Source of the DNA: Dehalococcoidia bacterium UBA2160
Lineage (GTDB): Bacteria > Chloroflexota > Dehalococcoidia > Lucifugimonadales > UBA1123
DNA length: 48,747 nt
Assembly (NCBI GenBank): GCA_002328865.1
Contig: DCWO01000060.1
Location: forward strand, 1-48,747
Reading direction: 5' to 3'
The notes below the pieces were generated by a model, which was given only the letters and a program-made list of their open reading frames with translations, did not search any database and was not told where the DNA came from. Positions 46,224 through 48,747 of this stretch are shown in pieces. Position 1 is the stretch's first letter, and every line of letters begins with the position of its first letter. The translations under genes and the position numbers were made by a program.

Positions 46224-47465
46224 TTGAATTCGGAAGGAAAGCTTACGCCGGAACAGGCTAAGAGGATCGCGGAGCACCATCGAAACGTCGCCAGGAGCGA
46301 GCGGAGAAAACAGATCGGCAACGTCAACAAACGGTTCAGGAGAACCGGCAAGAACAACCGGGGCCACGTCCGCCGCAAGGACTGGACCGACGAGGCGTAC
46401 CGCCCCGAGGACGAGCACGACCACGTCGCTCTGGAGCGCGTCATGCCCAGAGACGAGCAAGACCGCCGGCGCATGGTTGAGCAGGCCGCGTTCCAAGCTC
46501 CGGCGCCCGAGGACCCCGACGACGGGGCGACGGTCACGCCGCTGGGTCGTCAAGGACTCGTCATCTCGGCCGCTGGACTCTCCGCACAGGTCGAGATGGA
46601 CGGCGAGGAATACGACTGCACCGTCCGGGGCCTCATGACCGAACTGGACACTGGTTTCTTGAATCCCGTGGCGGTTGGGGATCAAGTGTCCGTATCAGAG
46701 GACGGCTCAGGAGGCTGGGTGGTCGAGACGGTGCTGCCGCGGACAACGGTTCTCAGCCGTCCCGACCCGATCCTGGCGCCGCGTCAACTGGTGATCGCCG
46801 CCAACGTCGATCAGCTCCTAATAGTGTCGTCTTGGCGAGAGCCGGACGTTTGGCTCGAACTGGTCGACCGCTACCTGATCGCGGGAGAGCGCAACGGAAT
46901 CCAGCCGATCATCTGCGTCAACAAGGCTGACCTCATCGAAGACGAAGCAGAGTACGAGGCGGCCCTCCGGCCGTATGTCGATCTAGGGTGCATCATCCTG
47001 CGAACAAGCGCAGTCACGGGCCTCGGCGTCGACGAGCTGCGAGAGGGCCTAGAAGGGTCGACCACGGTCGTCGTCGGCCTTTCGGGCACCGGCAAGAGTT
47101 CGCTGCTGTCGGCGGTGCAACCGGACCTCCGGCTGCGTACGTCCGAGGTGAGCGAACAGAGCGGACACGGGCGTCACACGACGACGCGGGCACAGCTCCT
47201 CAGGTTGGACAACGGGGGCTACGTAGCGGACACGCCAGGCATCCGCGAGTTCGGGATGGCCGGCCTGACGTTGGGCGAGCTGCCGGAGTACTTCCCGGAG
47301 ATCGACGCCGTGGCTTCGGCCTGTCGTTTCAGCAACTGTTCACACATGAACGAACCCGAGTGCGCCGTCGACGCCGCCGCAGAAGCGGGCCTGCTGCCGG
47401 CATCACGCCTCCACAGCTACCGCCTAATCTGGGACGAGCTGCCGTCCGATGGCGAACGCATGTGA
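46224..47465 (+). CDS. rsgA: Ribosome small subunit-dependent GTPase A with long basic N-terminal extension
   Basis: VAVGD, AANVD, NKAD, GLSGTGKSS, GRHTT, DTPGIR and CRFSNCSHMNEPEC. TTG 46224 follows GGAGGA. Confidence 0.95.
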   Translation: MNSEGKLTPEQAKRIAEHHRNVARSERRKQIGNVNKRFRRTGKNNRGHVRRKDWTDEAYRPEDEHDHVALERVMPRDEQDRRRMVEQAAFQAPAPEDPDDGATVTPLGRQGLVISAAGLSAQVEMDGEEYDCTVRGLMTELDTGFLNPVAVGDQVSVSEDGSGGWVVETVLPRTTVLSRPDPILAPRQLVIAANVDQLLIVSSWREPDVWLELVDRYLIAGERNGIQPIICVNKADLIEDEAEYEAALRPYVDLGCIILRTSAVTGLGVDELREGLEGSTTVVVGLSGTGKSSLLSAVQPDLRLRTSEVSEQSGHGRHTTTRAQLLRLDNGGYVADTPGIREFGMAGLTLGELPEYFPEIDAVASACRFSNCSHMNEPECAVDAAAEAGLLPASRLHSYRLIWDELPSDGERM

Positions 47466-47998
47466 CGCCTCGCCGTTTTGGTTCCGATCCTGATTGATCG
47501 CCAGCCGGTTGCGTTTCAAAACTGCGGTGCATCCTTCGCATAAAGCCGACCTGAATCCGCCGGTCCGTTGGGGGGGTCAGTGCTTGCCTCGTACATCGGT
47601 GCCCACGTCCCAAAACGATCCAAATCGGTTTTTGGGGAGGTCTGCCAGGCACGACAACCTCGCCGAGCCATCGACCGGTGCGTCCTCTTGGCGACTTGTC
47701 AGACGAGCTCATCAAACCCTCCTGAAACGTTGGCCCACGAACAAAGTCGCCATATGGCGCGAAGACGGCAGCAATAGTTCACATCGAGACACTGATGGAG
47801 GCATGACACGCGGACAAGTGGCACGCGTTAACGCTCCCAAGCATCGGTGCGCAAAACCGGTCGTCGTGAATTCACCCCGATGATCGTATGCCCGCTTGAC
47901 TTGTTCAAGATCCGCTGAGGTAGTATGCCCATCCCGCACATGTTAGATTAAAGCCAATTGCTTTCAACTCTACCGGAACGCAGACGGAGTCCTAGCCT

Positions 47999-48747
47999 AT
48001 GACCACGCAACAGTTATTTGATGATATTGACAAACTCCGTCGAGATAGACTGGTAAATTCATACGCCCTCGGTGGATTTATGGAGAATGCGACTGCGCTT
48101 GACGCACTGATACGAGAAATAGGAGTCGAGGCGCTGGCGCAATTCCAGGCCGGACAGGGCGGTCTGATCGAGGACGTCGTCAAACCTATTGAGCGACTAC
48201 GTGACCTTGTGCCGACCTTGTTTGACCACGATCTCGTGGACATTCTTGGAGGAATTCGAGCCCTGAGCCAACTGGACACGCGACTGGTACCGTTCACAAT
48301 CGTGTCAACTGCCCGTAAGCTGGGCGAAGAAGCTGCAAAACCCATTCCGATGATGCTCTAGTCCAGGTTGCGCGACTGTCGAGCATCTTGGGTTGCGCCG
48401 CGGACGCTGTCGAGCAGGCTTGGGCGGCGATACACACCGAGGGTACCCTAACAATTGATTCCGCTCTGCTGGTTGGTAATAGGCGCATTACGATCCAGCT
48501 AAGTTCGTCAACCACTGTCGCACCTTTCACAAACAAACTCGCCTCTATCAATGCTATATACGAAGAACTGGCGGGCCTTGCAAATGTGTCTACAACAGAA
48601 TATCCGTTGCGAATCGTGAAGATCGAATCGGGTAGCCTGTTGATTGACGTCCTCGGATACCCGAGGATTATCGAAATCATCAAGACCTGGATTGAACAAG
48701 TGGTGGCGTGTTTTTGGCGTAACTTCACTACTGAAGGCAAGATTGAA
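47999..48747 (+). pseudogene. Hypothetical protein gene with a frameshift near 48319-48358, running off the window end
   Basis: ORF 47999-48361 overlaps a stop-free -1 frame (48319 to the window end) that reads protein-like: ...AIYEELAGLANVSTTEYPLRIVKIESGSLLIDVLG...FWRNFTTEGKIE. Confidence 0.6.

Noticed and set aside
47466-47998. Long gap after rsgA with short ORFs and a shift to lower GC
   Set aside because: No tRNA, att-like repeat, integrase or credible ORF is visible; it may be an island edge but this is unsupported.

Overview
This is a high-GC bacterial chromosomal segment. The gene mix (paralogous crotonases, a mandelate-racemase-family enzyme, a fused CaiB/BaiF CoA-transferase, an M20 amidohydrolase and a GAAC-N4-GTTC-type box at recA) suggests Chloroflexota/Dehalococcoidia, possibly SAR202-like; this taxonomy is an inference. 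Housekeeping genes: trpB, purF-purN-purM-(Fic insert)-purH, pncA-pncB, tilS, recA/recX and rsgA. Accessory content: a four-gene putative copper/metal-handling cluster, a tandem duplication of a CNNM/CBS/CorC + histidine-phosphatase unit, a 14-repeat beta-propeller protein, a small AT-hook protein, and a decaying module array divergent from a SorC-type regulator. Three signals stand out. (1) A His-rich, Pro-terminated leader ORF (5568-5945) has His-Thr-Ser codons that are a perfect 9-nt complement to the Shine-Dalgarno of the next metal-handling gene, which suggests metal-sensing ribosome-stalling control. (2) A promoter-uORF-structured RNA-terminator unit (45800-46071) lies in front of an N-terminally extended rsgA. 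(3) Two unrelated ORFs at 41564 and 42280 share an upstream element and N-terminal leader, within an array of broken copies. I saw no tRNA, rRNA, CRISPR array or intact transposase. All family calls come from motif recognition, not database searches.
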